A stretch of DNA of 64,000 bases from Candidatus Poribacteria bacterium (GTDB taxonomy: Bacteria; Poribacteria; WGA-4E; PCPOR2b). The stretch spans positions 384,001 to 448,000 of the forward strand of contig OZ244042.1 in assembly GCA_965215015.1 (NCBI GenBank). Direction: 5' to 3'. How positions within the stretch are numbered: position 1 is the first letter of the stretch; each line of letters starts with the position of its first letter. This document shows, one piece after another, positions 39,562-49,954 of the stretch. A model generated the notes under the pieces. That model was not told the origin of the DNA. It searched no databases and saw only the letters and a list, made by a program, of their open reading frames with translations. Made by a program: the position numbers and the translations under genes.

Positions 39562-40786
39562 CGTGGGCATCATCTGCCGAAGGTATCTGGGGTGGGTGAT
39601 GATCATGCTCTCAACTATCGCCTTAGCCAACCATGATCTTCAAATCAGTGGATATTATAAAAACTTTTCCACAGGTTTGGATTCCCCCTTGCCGGACGCA
39701 CCAATTATCGGTGCGGTGAACAACCGACTGCGACTGAATTGTACTTACGTGCCCATCGATCCGCTCTCGTTTGACCTCTCTTACGATTTTGCCCCTCGTA
39801 TTCAAGATCCCTCGCTGTTTTCTGAGCCGCCAATCATGGGGGCCGCTGAGTCACTCCGCTATCGCCTTGTGGATTTTGATTCTGCTATCTATCCGCACAA
39901 GAATGACCCGGTTGGTAGTTTCAGTCTCCTCCAGAACCTCGATCGTGCAGCCATTGCCTACGGTGCCGATTTTGGAGACATCACAATTGGTCGCCAAGCC
40001 ATCGCATGGGGAAGTGCGCGGGTCGTGAACCCAACGGACGTTATTGCGCCCTACGCCTACAATCAACTGGACACGGAGGACCGAATCGGTGTGGATGCGA
40101 TTCGAGTTCAGATCCCGATTGGCGTGTTGGGAGAATTTGATGCTGGCTATGTTTCCGGCGAGAATTTGGCTTTTGAAAAGAGTGCCTTCTTCCTTCAGAG
40201 CCGACTGAATGCGGTAGAAACCGACTTCTCAATTATGCTGTTGGGATTTCGCGAACACCTGATGACAGGTTTTGATATGGCTCGAGGGATCGGCGGTGCC
40301 GGGTTTTGGCTTGAAGCCGCTTACGTTTACACCAACGCATTCAACAATGAAAACGGGGATGCAGAAAACTATCTCCGTGCGTCAACAGGTCTGGACTACA
40401 GTTTTGCAGGTACGGCTTACGGGTTCATCGAATATCACTTTAGCAGTGCAGGTGCAAGGAAGCCGGAAAATTATCTTGTCAATCTGACCCAACCGGCGTA
40501 CACCGATGGAGCGGTTTACCTCATGGGCAGACACTACTTTGTCCCCGGACTTACCCTCCAAATCACGCCGCTTATCTCGTTGAGTGGCGTCGTGCTATCC
40601 AACATCTCCGATCCTTCCATGTTCCCCTCTCTGCAAATTGAATATTATTTCGCACAAGACATTTATCTCTCCGCCGGTGGGTTCATCGGAATCGGCAAAG
40701 GTCCTGAAATCGAAGAAACACAATTCAGATCGGAGTTTGGTGGATATCCCAACCTCTTTTTTTTATCGTTCCGAATCTATTTCTGA
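39536..40786 (+). CDS. Putative outer-membrane beta-barrel protein
   Basis: Signal-like N-terminus; LDR...IGRQAIAWG...NPTD...GVDAIR; aromatic C-terminus RIYF. Start uncertain. Confidence 0.7.
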   Translation: MRVTKLKGSVGIICRRYLGWVMIMLSTIALANHDLQISGYYKNFSTGLDSPLPDAPIIGAVNNRLRLNCTYVPIDPLSFDLSYDFAPRIQDPSLFSEPPIMGAAESLRYRLVDFDSAIYPHKNDPVGSFSLLQNLDRAAIAYGADFGDITIGRQAIAWGSARVVNPTDVIAPYAYNQLDTEDRIGVDAIRVQIPIGVLGEFDAGYVSGENLAFEKSAFFLQSRLNAVETDFSIMLLGFREHLMTGFDMARGIGGAGFWLEAAYVYTNAFNNENGDAENYLRASTGLDYSFAGTAYGFIEYHFSSAGARKPENYLVNLTQPAYTDGAVYLMGRHYFVPGLTLQITPLISLSGVVLSNISDPSMFPSLQIEYYFAQDIYLSAGGFIGIGKGPEIEETQFRSEFGGYPNLFFLSFRIYF

Positions 40787-40864
40787 ACGAACAGAGGAGG
40801 CAATCTTAAACACATTAAGGCACTCTGTTTCAACTTACAGAGATAAATCTCCCACCTTACGTTT

Positions 40865-42331
40865 TTAGGATTCCCCCTGCCGACGGACGTTCTTGTAGGG
40901 GGAAACTAGGGGAGGCTTCGGCGGCGGGGAAACTAGCTCCCCATCTACTACCCAGCCACAATTCCTCGCTGCCAGTTCCGCGATCAAATATCCCTTCCAT
41001 TTGGCGATTTCAGTCTGATATTCCGGATGGTTAATCCGGTTATGGCATTCACCCGAATCCTCTTCAAGATTGAAAAACTGCATATCATTGATTCGTGGCA
41101 ACCAAATCAACTTCCGTTTTCCATCGGTGACGTACTGCATCTCCTGTTCATGAGAATAACAGGTGCAATGTTCGCCGTGGATGTAAGGACGCCAATTCAG
41201 GTCGGCGCACTGTGTCAGCGGGACAACGCTCTGCCCATCAACGATTCTCGGAATATCAACGCCTGCCACATCTAGAATAGTCGGCATAATATCACGCAGT
41301 TCGACTACCTCATCAGCTACTCTACGGAAGACCGTAGAACCACGAGGCGGTGGGGTGACGATGAAGGGAATGCGAGCACTGCCTTCGTAGGCGTAGGTCT
41401 TACGCCACAGGTTGTGGTCACCAAGCATCTCACCGTGGTCGGAGGTAAAGATAAACCATGTATCCGCAAAAGTATCCTGCTGATGCCGCCTAAACCAGTT
41501 CATCAATCGACCAATCTGGGTATCAATAAAGGAGATTTCACCATAGTAGCCAGATCGGGCGCGATGAATGCGTCGAGCCGAGTGTTTTCCGCGCCATGCG
41601 TTGGGGTCAACTGCGTCTTCGGGTTTGTCGTGACAGGCAGCCCAGTCGCCGACAGACGGGGACGGCGTCGTGTCGTTATAATACATATCGAAATAAGGTG
41701 CGGGAGGCACAAAGGGGGAGTGTGGTCGAGCGAAGGAGATATTTAGGAAAAAGGGACGCTCCCGGTCACGTTGAGCAAGGAAATGAATCGCACGGTTCAT
41801 CGTCCATGCCGTTGGATGCAGATACTCTTCAGTGTGCCAAGGGCGAGAGACCCAAGAGTTCCAATCGACACCATGGTCATCGGGCGTGATGTCGCGCCGT
41901 TTTTCCGCCTCGAACCATGTGCGGTATTCGTCCTTCAGACCATGCCGCAACATCCGTCCGGATTCGTCGAACTCTTGGCTTTCAAAACCCATTTTGACGC
42001 GTTGGGGGGTGAAGTGCCCCTTCCCGACGAGATGTGTCCGATAGCCGACGTAGGTCAATTCACCCGCCAATGTGTGTGGGAAGTCGTTGGGAATTGGTCC
42101 CTGGCCTCTACCCATACCGAGGATACCGGTATGCCACTGGTTCATCCCCGTCATAAGCGTTGCCCGCGCCGGAATGCAGGAAGGGGAGGCGGTGTAAGCA
42201 TGTTGAAACCGGGTGCCGCGGGCGGCAAGATAATCAAGGTTTGGCGTTTCGATACAGGTGTTGCCATCAGCACCTAGGCAATCACCGCGCATCTGGTCTA
42301 CCATGATGAGAATGACATTGGGGCGGTTCAT
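40865..42331 (-). CDS. Formylglycine-dependent sulfatase (arylsulfatase/choline-sulfatase-like)
   Basis: RPNVILIMVDQ, CIPARATLMTG (CxPxR), GKGH, SDHGEMLGDH. Confidence 0.95.
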   Translation of the reverse strand: MNRPNVILIMVDQMRGDCLGADGNTCIETPNLDYLAARGTRFQHAYTASPSCIPARATLMTGMNQWHTGILGMGRGQGPIPNDFPHTLAGELTYVGYRTHLVGKGHFTPQRVKMGFESQEFDESGRMLRHGLKDEYRTWFEAEKRRDITPDDHGVDWNSWVSRPWHTEEYLHPTAWTMNRAIHFLAQRDRERPFFLNISFARPHSPFVPPAPYFDMYYNDTTPSPSVGDWAACHDKPEDAVDPNAWRGKHSARRIHRARSGYYGEISFIDTQIGRLMNWFRRHQQDTFADTWFIFTSDHGEMLGDHNLWRKTYAYEGSARIPFIVTPPPRGSTVFRRVADEVVELRDIMPTILDVAGVDIPRIVDGQSVVPLTQCADLNWRPYIHGEHCTCYSHEQEMQYVTDGKRKLIWLPRINDMQFFNLEEDSGECHNRINHPEYQTEIAKWKGYLIAELAARNCGWVVDGELVSPPPKPPLVSPYKNVRRQGES

Positions 42332-42598
42332 CGAAAAACTCCTTTTATTTTAATTTATCTCTTGTCAAGCGGAGGGTTAAATTAGTAGAAAAGTGCAGAT
42401 TGGCACAGTCCCGTCGGGAAATTCGACGACTATCTCTTCAGATTGGATTGGCTACTCCAATATAATCAACTCATTCGTGGAGGATGTCAAGAAGATTTTC
42501 CATTGTCGGAGGCGATTTTGAGCACATTCCATCACCGGGACACAGAGCAACAGTTTAGCGGATTAGCATGGAATGTGTAATAACAAAATGATACAATA

Positions 42599-42841
42599 AC
42601 CTAAGTTGCTAGGTTCTGTTGACATTTGAGAAATTGAACCTATCTAATGCGCCTTGAGGCAATTTTGGATTCTGTAGGGGCAAGCCTTACAATTACCCTG
42701 CTATCGGTCAATTTTCCGAAATCGAAAATACCTAGAACATTGCGCTTAGGTATCTTGTGCAGCGAATTTGTCTATCCATTGCGAGTAGTAATTGACCTCT
42801 CTTCCCTGCTTGCAATGTTCTCTATCACTAGCAATTTGCCT
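42599..42841. mobile_element. MITE-like family C
   Basis: ACCTAAGTTGCTA...TAGCAATTTGCCT flanked by TACAATA at 42592-42598 and 42842-42848; the same end recurs at 49915-49927, 54071-54083 and 59280-59292. Confidence 0.6.
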
Positions 42842-42946
42842 TACAATAATCGAAGTTGCCACGTTTTTAATAAATAATAGATAAAACATAACCTCAACCA
42901 AGGGTTCGCACGAAATTAGGGGCTATCAGAAGTAAGGAGGGATTGT

Positions 42947-44404
42947 ATGACAGACAAGGGAACCGCCTATCTGTTTATTGATGATGAACACATAGAAAGC
43001 CTTGATGGTACTGCAAAAGGCGTCGTTCCGGCGCAAAAAGTGTCCGATCAACCACTGATTGAAAGAGATAAGCCCTGGGAGGATGAGTGGAGCATCGGCA
43101 GCTACATCAATATCATCTACGATGACGAAGAAGGCATTTTCAAGATGTGGTATGGCGTGGGACGAAAATTAAGTGACGCGCGAGGCGAACAGGCGGACGG
43201 ACTCGCCTATGCTGTCTCACAAGACGGCTACCATTGGGAAAAACCCATCCTCAACCTCGTCGAGGACAATGGGAGCAAAGCGAATAACCTCGTCTTTCCA
43301 ATGTTCAGATGGGGGGCAGGGACTGGAGTCATGAAAGACCCCATTGAATTAGACCCCGCCAAGCGATACAAAATGCTTTTTATGTTTCAGAGCGCGGCAA
43401 TGAGATTTGCAGGGATTGTCCAGCCGGTCTGTGTCGCGTATGCGGCCGACGGAATTCATTGGAATGTGCCCCAAAGATGGCTTAACCCGGTCATTCCAGA
43501 GGGATCGGACACACACTTGGCCGCGTATTGGGATCCAAAGCTCCATAAATATGCTGTCTACCTTCGCGGTCGACCGAACGTCCGGATTATCTGTATGTCT
43601 GAGAGCGATGATTTTGAGAGCTGGACACCACGGAAAATCATCGTCCAACCTGACGCACAAGATCCCCCGCAGGACCACGAGTTTTACGGTATGAGCTCGA
43701 TGGCGTATCGCGATTTTCGGGTCGGGTTTCTGTCTGTGTTCCACACACTCAACGAGGGTTGGATTGCCCAGAATCAGATTGAACCGTGGATGCCCGAATG
43801 GATGAACCAGATGGACGTTCAACTCACGTACTCGAAGGACGGTCGGACCTGGCATCGAGCGGGGGCGCGTGAGCGGATTCTGGTCTGCGGGCCCCGCGGC
43901 AGTTTTGACTCCGGCTGTGTTTACCCGCCACATACCCCCTTTGTGCATGGTAAAGAAATCTGGGTCTATTATGGTGGTTCAAATGACTTACACGGTGAGC
44001 CACCTCGCTATGGCGAGCCAACCCACCGAGGGATAAGTCTGGCAAAGATCCAGAAAGACAGGTTGGTCTGTCTAAGAGCGGAGAAAGAAGGGCTTGTAAC
44101 CACAACGCCTCTCAGTATCAAGCCGGGTTCGTTGTGGATAAATGCTGATGCTACAAGAGGCTCATTGCAGGTGGAGTTGGTAGATCCCTTTGACCGGGTA
44201 ATCGCTGGCTTTTCCAAAGAGGACTGCGTGCCTTTTACTGGCAATGAAACGGAGCATCGAGTGAGATGGAAAGGCAATCAAAAGACAGCAGTGGGTACCG
44301 GCGGCCTTGAGGATAAGATGGTTTCCCAGTCAACAGGACTCTTCAAAGTTAAGGTCCACCTCAATAACGCTAAGCTCTTCGCGCTTTATTCGGGTATTGC
44401 CTGA
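42947..44404 (+). CDS. Five-bladed beta-propeller hydrolase-like protein (GH32/GH43-clan-like)
   Basis: LFIDD, FKMWY, Asp-box-like SQDGYHWEKP, SDDFESW and SKDGRTW, WVYYGG, INADA C-terminal domain. Confidence 0.7.
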   Translation: MTDKGTAYLFIDDEHIESLDGTAKGVVPAQKVSDQPLIERDKPWEDEWSIGSYINIIYDDEEGIFKMWYGVGRKLSDARGEQADGLAYAVSQDGYHWEKPILNLVEDNGSKANNLVFPMFRWGAGTGVMKDPIELDPAKRYKMLFMFQSAAMRFAGIVQPVCVAYAADGIHWNVPQRWLNPVIPEGSDTHLAAYWDPKLHKYAVYLRGRPNVRIICMSESDDFESWTPRKIIVQPDAQDPPQDHEFYGMSSMAYRDFRVGFLSVFHTLNEGWIAQNQIEPWMPEWMNQMDVQLTYSKDGRTWHRAGARERILVCGPRGSFDSGCVYPPHTPFVHGKEIWVYYGGSNDLHGEPPRYGEPTHRGISLAKIQKDRLVCLRAEKEGLVTTTPLSIKPGSLWINADATRGSLQVELVDPFDRVIAGFSKEDCVPFTGNETEHRVRWKGNQKTAVGTGGLEDKMVSQSTGLFKVKVHLNNAKLFALYSGIA

Positions 44405-44419
44405 ATTGTTCCTATAGGT

Positions 44420-44526
44420 CAGTCAGTGATAGCGAGGATCTCTGCTTCGGGAATCTCCGCGTAGCTCCGGCCGTGACTGCGTCCATGCGCCCCATCGCCA
44501 ATTATACAGATCTTGAGTCGGTTCAT
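44420..44526 (-). pseudogene. N-terminal remnant of a Gfo/Idh/MocA oxidoreductase
   Basis: After an RBS: MNRLKICIIGDGRM, frameshift, GRSHGRSYAEIPEAEILAITD*. Confidence 0.6.
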
Positions 44527-44589
44527 ATCCTACCTTCCAAAAACGAGCTTCGGCAATAGGCAGCTTAAGTCTATCAACGCGCAGACGGG

Positions 44590-45426
44590 TCAGAGGGTCC
44601 GACGGAGTTTCTCAGCGTCACTGAACAGAATCTCACGAACAGCATTAGTCGCCCTCTCGTGAAACTGAATTGCAGCAGGGTCTAAGTCCTTGGCTGGACG
44701 CGGGGCTTCCTTAAAGTGACCGAACCGATCTGTGCCACGAACCAATGCTGCACTGTCCCATTCGCCGATGGTCTGCTTGGTGCGAGTGGGCATGTAGTGC
44801 ATCGAAAGACCAATACGCCGATCCGCTGACCGGTTGGGACCCGACGCGTGCGCCAACCGTACATTATGAAGCGAAATTTCACCCGGCTGTAGCGGCATTG
44901 CCACAGCCTTGGCTTCATCAACCTCCACTGAAATTTCCTGTCCACGGGTCAAGAGGTTGTGCTGCTTATACTCATCCTTGTGAGGCAGGAGATCGCCCTT
45001 ATGACTGCCCGGTAGAACCCGCATACAACCGGTTTCAAATGTCGCCGGTGAGAGTGCCAACCATACACTGACTAAGTTATCGGTATCAAGTCCCCAGTAA
45101 CGCAGATCCTGATGCCACGAAACGAAACTCTTGCTGAGCGGCTCCTTGATCCAGAAAAACGTGTTCCAGCAGAGAATATCGGGACCGATTAGATCCTCAA
45201 CAGCATCAAGAATCTTCGTATAGCGCATGAGATCATCAACCCATGTAAAGAGCAAATGAGACTTGCTCCGCTGTGCTCCCGCAATAGGGCTGCCTTGATT
45301 GGCTTCAAATTGCTCAAGGCGGGCTCGATTGGCTGCTACCTGCTCGTCGTCTAGTACCCTGACCGGAAAATAATATCCATCCCGGTTATATTGTGCGATG
45401 GCATTTTCATTCAGAAGTTTCGACAT
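44590..45426 (-). CDS. PhyH-family dioxygenase
   Basis: VSWHQD, SVWLALS, PGSH, HASGPN...RRIG. Start at 45426 after GAGGAGG. Confidence 0.92.
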   Translation of the reverse strand: MSKLLNENAIAQYNRDGYYFPVRVLDDEQVAANRARLEQFEANQGSPIAGAQRSKSHLLFTWVDDLMRYTKILDAVEDLIGPDILCWNTFFWIKEPLSKSFVSWHQDLRYWGLDTDNLVSVWLALSPATFETGCMRVLPGSHKGDLLPHKDEYKQHNLLTRGQEISVEVDEAKAVAMPLQPGEISLHNVRLAHASGPNRSADRRIGLSMHYMPTRTKQTIGEWDSAALVRGTDRFGHFKEAPRPAKDLDPAAIQFHERATNAVREILFSDAEKLRRTL

Positions 45427-45550
45427 TTGAACCTCCTCTAGAGTCACTGGCTGTTTCGACTCTTAATCTAATCAACTAGAGTCCACAGTGCAGCGCGGTT
45501 AGAGTATTTCGCCTTTGTCTGTAATGCCCCAAACCTTCTCAACTGCTGCT

Positions 45551-46654
45551 TTATGAATCCTTGCCTGCGTGCACAGGGCCGATGAAAAATTCCTCAGGCA
45601 GAAAACTCGTTGTCTCAGTGGCGTGCCTGTATTCAAAGCCCTCCGTTGTAACGACCCCCATCGCAGTAAAGTACTTGGACTCACCACTCGTTCCGCTCTT
45701 GTTTCCCCCGCTGTGCCCCCGTAACCAATCGGGATCGATGACCTGTTCACCCTTCCAGATGCCACCCGTTGCGTTCAGATGACCAAACCGAGCGAGGTCC
45801 GACGCACTGATGACAACCCATCCGGGACCGCTGCGAATAGGAATTCCACGAATCTCATAGGGAGGGTCAAGATAGGTATACGAATTTGGAATCGCGGGAT
45901 ACAAATATTTTTGGTCTTTGACATCGCTGCCGGTGAGCCAGTTCCATCGCTCTGCCGGAATACCTATCAGGTCAAAGAGACGTTCCTGAAGGATATTCTT
46001 GAGGTCATCGCCCCACACGTAGGTAAGGGCTTGGCTCAAACGCCAGAACCCAGCACTGCTATAGAGACCAACTGTGCCCGGCTCGACGTGGGAGTAGAGG
46101 TCATAGAAAGGATCACCGCTCCATTTAGACCATTCAGGAACGCCCGGTATAACATTCGCCGCTTCAAGCCCGGTAACCTTTTCTCTCCAACGAATCCCCA
46201 GCTCTATCGGGAATCCGCCGTAGTGAAGGGACTCATGCTTTGATCCGACTAGATGCCTCCAAGTTAGTTTCTTGTGATGCCCCTCGGTCAAATATTTGTG
46301 AGGGTGGGAAAGTTCACCCTCGCCGGTCCAGTATTGGTTGATTGGTTCGTCCGGATCAATTCGTCCGTCGGCAACTGCGAAACCGAAAATCGCCCACATA
46401 AAAGCCTTTCCGACAGAGGCGGTTTGATGTCGATAATACCGATCTCCCCAAGCGTGGACCAAGTAGCCACCACGGGTAATCACAGCACCGTATTTATTGC
46501 CGGAGTGATCCTCTCCGCCGAAAGACGCCCCCTTGCACTTAATACCTGCTATGAAGGCTCCAAATTTTTCAGGATCGAGCCCCGCTTCCTCTGCCGTGAT
46601 TTGAACCCAGTCATCTTCAGGAAACGTTACCCAATCGGGAAGTTCTATAGTCAT
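45551..46654 (-). CDS. Serine hydrolase, beta-lactamase/NylB-like
   Basis: SxxK (ASVGK), YSS, DLARFG...G.WKGEQVI...W. Confidence 0.8.
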   Translation of the reverse strand: MTIELPDWVTFPEDDWVQITAEEAGLDPEKFGAFIAGIKCKGASFGGEDHSGNKYGAVITRGGYLVHAWGDRYYRHQTASVGKAFMWAIFGFAVADGRIDPDEPINQYWTGEGELSHPHKYLTEGHHKKLTWRHLVGSKHESLHYGGFPIELGIRWREKVTGLEAANVIPGVPEWSKWSGDPFYDLYSHVEPGTVGLYSSAGFWRLSQALTYVWGDDLKNILQERLFDLIGIPAERWNWLTGSDVKDQKYLYPAIPNSYTYLDPPYEIRGIPIRSGPGWVVISASDLARFGHLNATGGIWKGEQVIDPDWLRGHSGGNKSGTSGESKYFTAMGVVTTEGFEYRHATETTSFLPEEFFIGPVHAGKDS

Positions 46655-46833
46655 CCAATGCCTCCTTTCTCAATTCACGCCTCACCTTTCACTCATTGGC
46701 ACCATCATTTAGTTATTTCTTGACACCCATTTCGTCTTAGTATATCCTTTTGGTATTCACAACTCAATCGAAAAAGGAGAAAAGCGGCTGAGTCCTGAAA
46801 TCTGAACTTTGAGGCTTCCGCCGCGCAATTTCC

Positions 46834-47784
46834 ATGAAATTACTTATCGCTATGCCATGGTCCCAACAGCAAATCGAAGGTGCACAGAGAACCTTTCCCC
46901 AAGTACAGTTCACCACTGCCGCTGACCAAGATGACATTCTGCGCGAAATTGTTGATGCTGAGATTATTTTTGGCGGAATCAGTCGGGAAGCATTTCTGGC
47001 AGCCAAACAGTTGAAATGGATCCAGAACCCGGGGGCTGGGGTGGAAAGGTTAGCACGAATTCCTGAAATAGCAGAGAGCGATGTCACTGTTACTAACACC
47101 CGTGGTGCTCACGCTGCCACTATCGCTGAGCACACTTTCGGGTTGTTGATTAGCCTCACGCGCCAATTACCACGCCTTTTGCAGGCACAACGTGAACATG
47201 ACTGGCTGCGTCAATTCGATGGGCCTCAAGTCGGATTGACGGGCTTGACGCTAGGGGTGGTCGGCATGGGCAACATCGGTCGTGCCATTGCCAAGCGCGG
47301 GCACGCCTTTGATATGAACGTCATTGGGGTTGACGTCAACGAAGTGCCCAAGCCCGATTTTGTGGCTGAACTGAGGTTGTTGGAGGGCCTGGATGACCTC
47401 ATGCGGCGTTCAGATGTCGTGGCAGTTGCAGCACCTATCACACCGGAAACCGCAGGGATGCTCGGTCCTGAACAGCTTAGGCTCTTAAAACCGACAGCCT
47501 ACCTCTTGGTTGTGTCGCGGGGTGGTATTATAGACGAAGATACACTCATACAGATGTTGAACGACGGGCAACTTGCCGGTGCTGGACTGGATGTGATGGC
47601 TACAGAGCCGCTCCCCCAAGATAGTCCGCTCTGGGATACGCCGAACCTGTTGCTGACTCCACACTGCTCCGGACGTTCCTCCTATACCTCTGCCGCGGGC
47701 AGAGCCATTTTTTATGAAAATTTACGGCGATACCTTGCCAAAGAACCTCTCACAAATCTGGTAGACATGGAACGGGGATACTAA
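46834..47784 (+). CDS. D-2-hydroxyacid dehydrogenase
   Basis: GVVGMGNIG, SRG, GAGLDV...EPLP, LTPH. Confidence 0.93.
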   Translation: MKLLIAMPWSQQQIEGAQRTFPQVQFTTAADQDDILREIVDAEIIFGGISREAFLAAKQLKWIQNPGAGVERLARIPEIAESDVTVTNTRGAHAATIAEHTFGLLISLTRQLPRLLQAQREHDWLRQFDGPQVGLTGLTLGVVGMGNIGRAIAKRGHAFDMNVIGVDVNEVPKPDFVAELRLLEGLDDLMRRSDVVAVAAPITPETAGMLGPEQLRLLKPTAYLLVVSRGGIIDEDTLIQMLNDGQLAGAGLDVMATEPLPQDSPLWDTPNLLLTPHCSGRSSYTSAAGRAIFYENLRRYLAKEPLTNLVDMERGY

Positions 47785-47794
47785 TCCGACTTTG

Positions 47795-48646
47795 TTACAT
47801 TAAAGCCGCACCGGGAAATGTGCCCCAAGGAACAGGTTCTGCCGCGCCTTCATAGGTTGGCAGGAATGGCGCCGTGATGTGTCGCGTCTGTTCAACCCAG
47901 TCAGCCCAGTCAGATCTGCCGGTGATATGGTCGAGGATTAACGCCTTGACTTCGTCCGGCAGATCATCATAGGCGGGCCAATACCAGATCGTGAGCACTG
48001 TCCGGTGCTGGTCGGTTTGGTTGGCATGGGCGGAGTGCAACAGACGCGAATCGCCGACGACGACATCGCCAGCGTAAACCGGCACATTAACCTCACCCTT
48101 AACCGGCTGGAAGGCGAGATGCTCCATGTCGGTTGCGCGGGTTACACTGTCGTTGTCCCTCGGTCGTATATCGTGCAGCGTGTGGCGTTTTAAGTGAGAA
48201 CCGGGGATCAACCGCAAACAGCCGTTTTGTATATTCGTGTCAACTAGGTAGTACATCAGGAAATACTGCTGTGGTTGATTGGTATAGCTGATGGGATGCT
48301 CCCACAACACGCCATCTTGATGCCAGTATAACGGTGGACTATGCGGCGGCTTGCTGATCACAAAGCCGCTCCAAAATTTAGGGGAATCAAATCCCAATTT
48401 GGCGAAAACAGCCATCGCGCTGGGATCAACGAGGAGTTTGGTAAAGGTTGGATGGGGGCAAGTCCAGTAGGGGATGATGCACCCCTGTGAACGATGCTGC
48501 TCAAAGTGATCCTCATCCTGTTGTGCGATTATCCAGTCACTCATGGCATTTAGCTTTGCTACCATCTTCAGTGTCAGCACATTTTCAAAGATACAGAAGC
48601 CATCGCGTATGAGTTGATTTCGTTTCTCCTTAGCAACAATTGGCAT
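47795..48646 (-). CDS. PhyH-family dioxygenase
   Basis: YWHQD, NGCLRLIPGSH, LLHSAHAN...R. Start at 48646 after AAGGAG. Confidence 0.92.
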   Translation of the reverse strand: MPIVAKEKRNQLIRDGFCIFENVLTLKMVAKLNAMSDWIIAQQDEDHFEQHRSQGCIIPYWTCPHPTFTKLLVDPSAMAVFAKLGFDSPKFWSGFVISKPPHSPPLYWHQDGVLWEHPISYTNQPQQYFLMYYLVDTNIQNGCLRLIPGSHLKRHTLHDIRPRDNDSVTRATDMEHLAFQPVKGEVNVPVYAGDVVVGDSRLLHSAHANQTDQHRTVLTIWYWPAYDDLPDEVKALILDHITGRSDWADWVEQTRHITAPFLPTYEGAAEPVPWGTFPGAALM

Positions 48647-48688
48647 GGCTGCCTCTCCTTTCGTGTTAGTGGATTCCACCCGAATCTA

Positions 48689-49429
48689 CTAGGGTTTCAC
48701 AACAGCTTTCCTAGCAGTTGCCTCGTTCGTATGGTAGTTCCAGCCGCGCAACACCAAATTCTCACTAAACTGATAGATATCCTCCTTCCGATCCTTGCCG
48801 GAAAACATCCTCGCAATCACCACCTTCCTTAGCTTCTCAGAGCGGTTGGACATCGAGCCATGTACGATAAAGTAATCGAAGAAGGTAACATCACCGGGCT
48901 CCGCTTCAATAGGTGTCGCGCCTTCAAATGGAAACTTTTCGTGAAATTCAGGGTCAACCGCCTTTGAACTCTCCATTCGCCCCCGTTTGTGCGATCCAGG
49001 ATAGACCCTTAGACAACCTATTTTTTTTGTCGCCTCGCTGACGTGAATCATTCCGGCAATCATGGTGTTTTTTTCGGTCGGTAAGTAACTCCAGTCCTGG
49101 TGCATCTTGAAGGGGGTGTCTCCAGTTGTCTTTCGCTTCTCAAAGAGTGTCGAATGGTTGAGGACGATATCAGGACCAATGAACTGTTCGACAATGTCAA
49201 GAAACCCCTTGTGAAGCAGGGCCGCCAGCCACAGACCTGAATATTGCTGTACATTACGCGTGGAGATGAGGCCGTTATAGTTTGAATCGTCTTCATTAGG
49301 TTTTTCGAGTTGTTGCACAATTCGATCAAACTCATTTTCAAGTGCACTTATCTCATCGGTTGAGAAGACACCTTTTGCCAAATAGTAACCGTTCTCATCG
49401 AAAAATGCTTGGATTTTGCTCATGGTCAA
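48689..49429 (-). CDS. PhyH-family dioxygenase
   Basis: MHQD, GCLRVYPGSH, VHGSMSN...R. Confidence 0.92.
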   Translation of the reverse strand: MTMSKIQAFFDENGYYLAKGVFSTDEISALENEFDRIVQQLEKPNEDDSNYNGLISTRNVQQYSGLWLAALLHKGFLDIVEQFIGPDIVLNHSTLFEKRKTTGDTPFKMHQDWSYLPTEKNTMIAGMIHVSEATKKIGCLRVYPGSHKRGRMESSKAVDPEFHEKFPFEGATPIEAEPGDVTFFDYFIVHGSMSNRSEKLRKVVIARMFSGKDRKEDIYQFSENLVLRGWNYHTNEATARKAVVKP

Positions 49430-49954
49430 AATCTCCTCGTGGACAAAATCTGAGTGCCTAAATGCTTTCCAAGTGAATAGACCTTGCGTCTGCCTTGGAA
49501 GAGTGATAACATATCTCTGCTGAGGGCGGACAGCTGGGACCAGATAGAATGCGCCTGAGTCGAAGACGCAGCACTGACGTGTGATGACACGGTTAGTTAC
49601 AAATTCTCTGGTTCAAGACGCAATTATACATAGGGTAGGGCACACGGTCAAGCGAAAACGAAAAAGCGATTCGGGCATCAACCGGGCAAAACAGGCTTAT
49701 CTCCACCCATCCCAAATGGCTTGGATATGTCTATCCAAGCCGAGCGTGATTAATAAATAGAACACAAACCAAAACAGCAAAAAGAACATTCACAATTCCC
49801 CAATTTCCAATTGGTACGGTGTGTTGACATAGGTCGAGTTTCCATACCTCGCTCCTACGATTAGGTATTTATTGACGAATTGTGGACACATCTCACATAA
49901 ATGTCAACAGAACCTAGCAACTTGGGTGAAGTGAAATCCCTGAAAGGAAAACTA

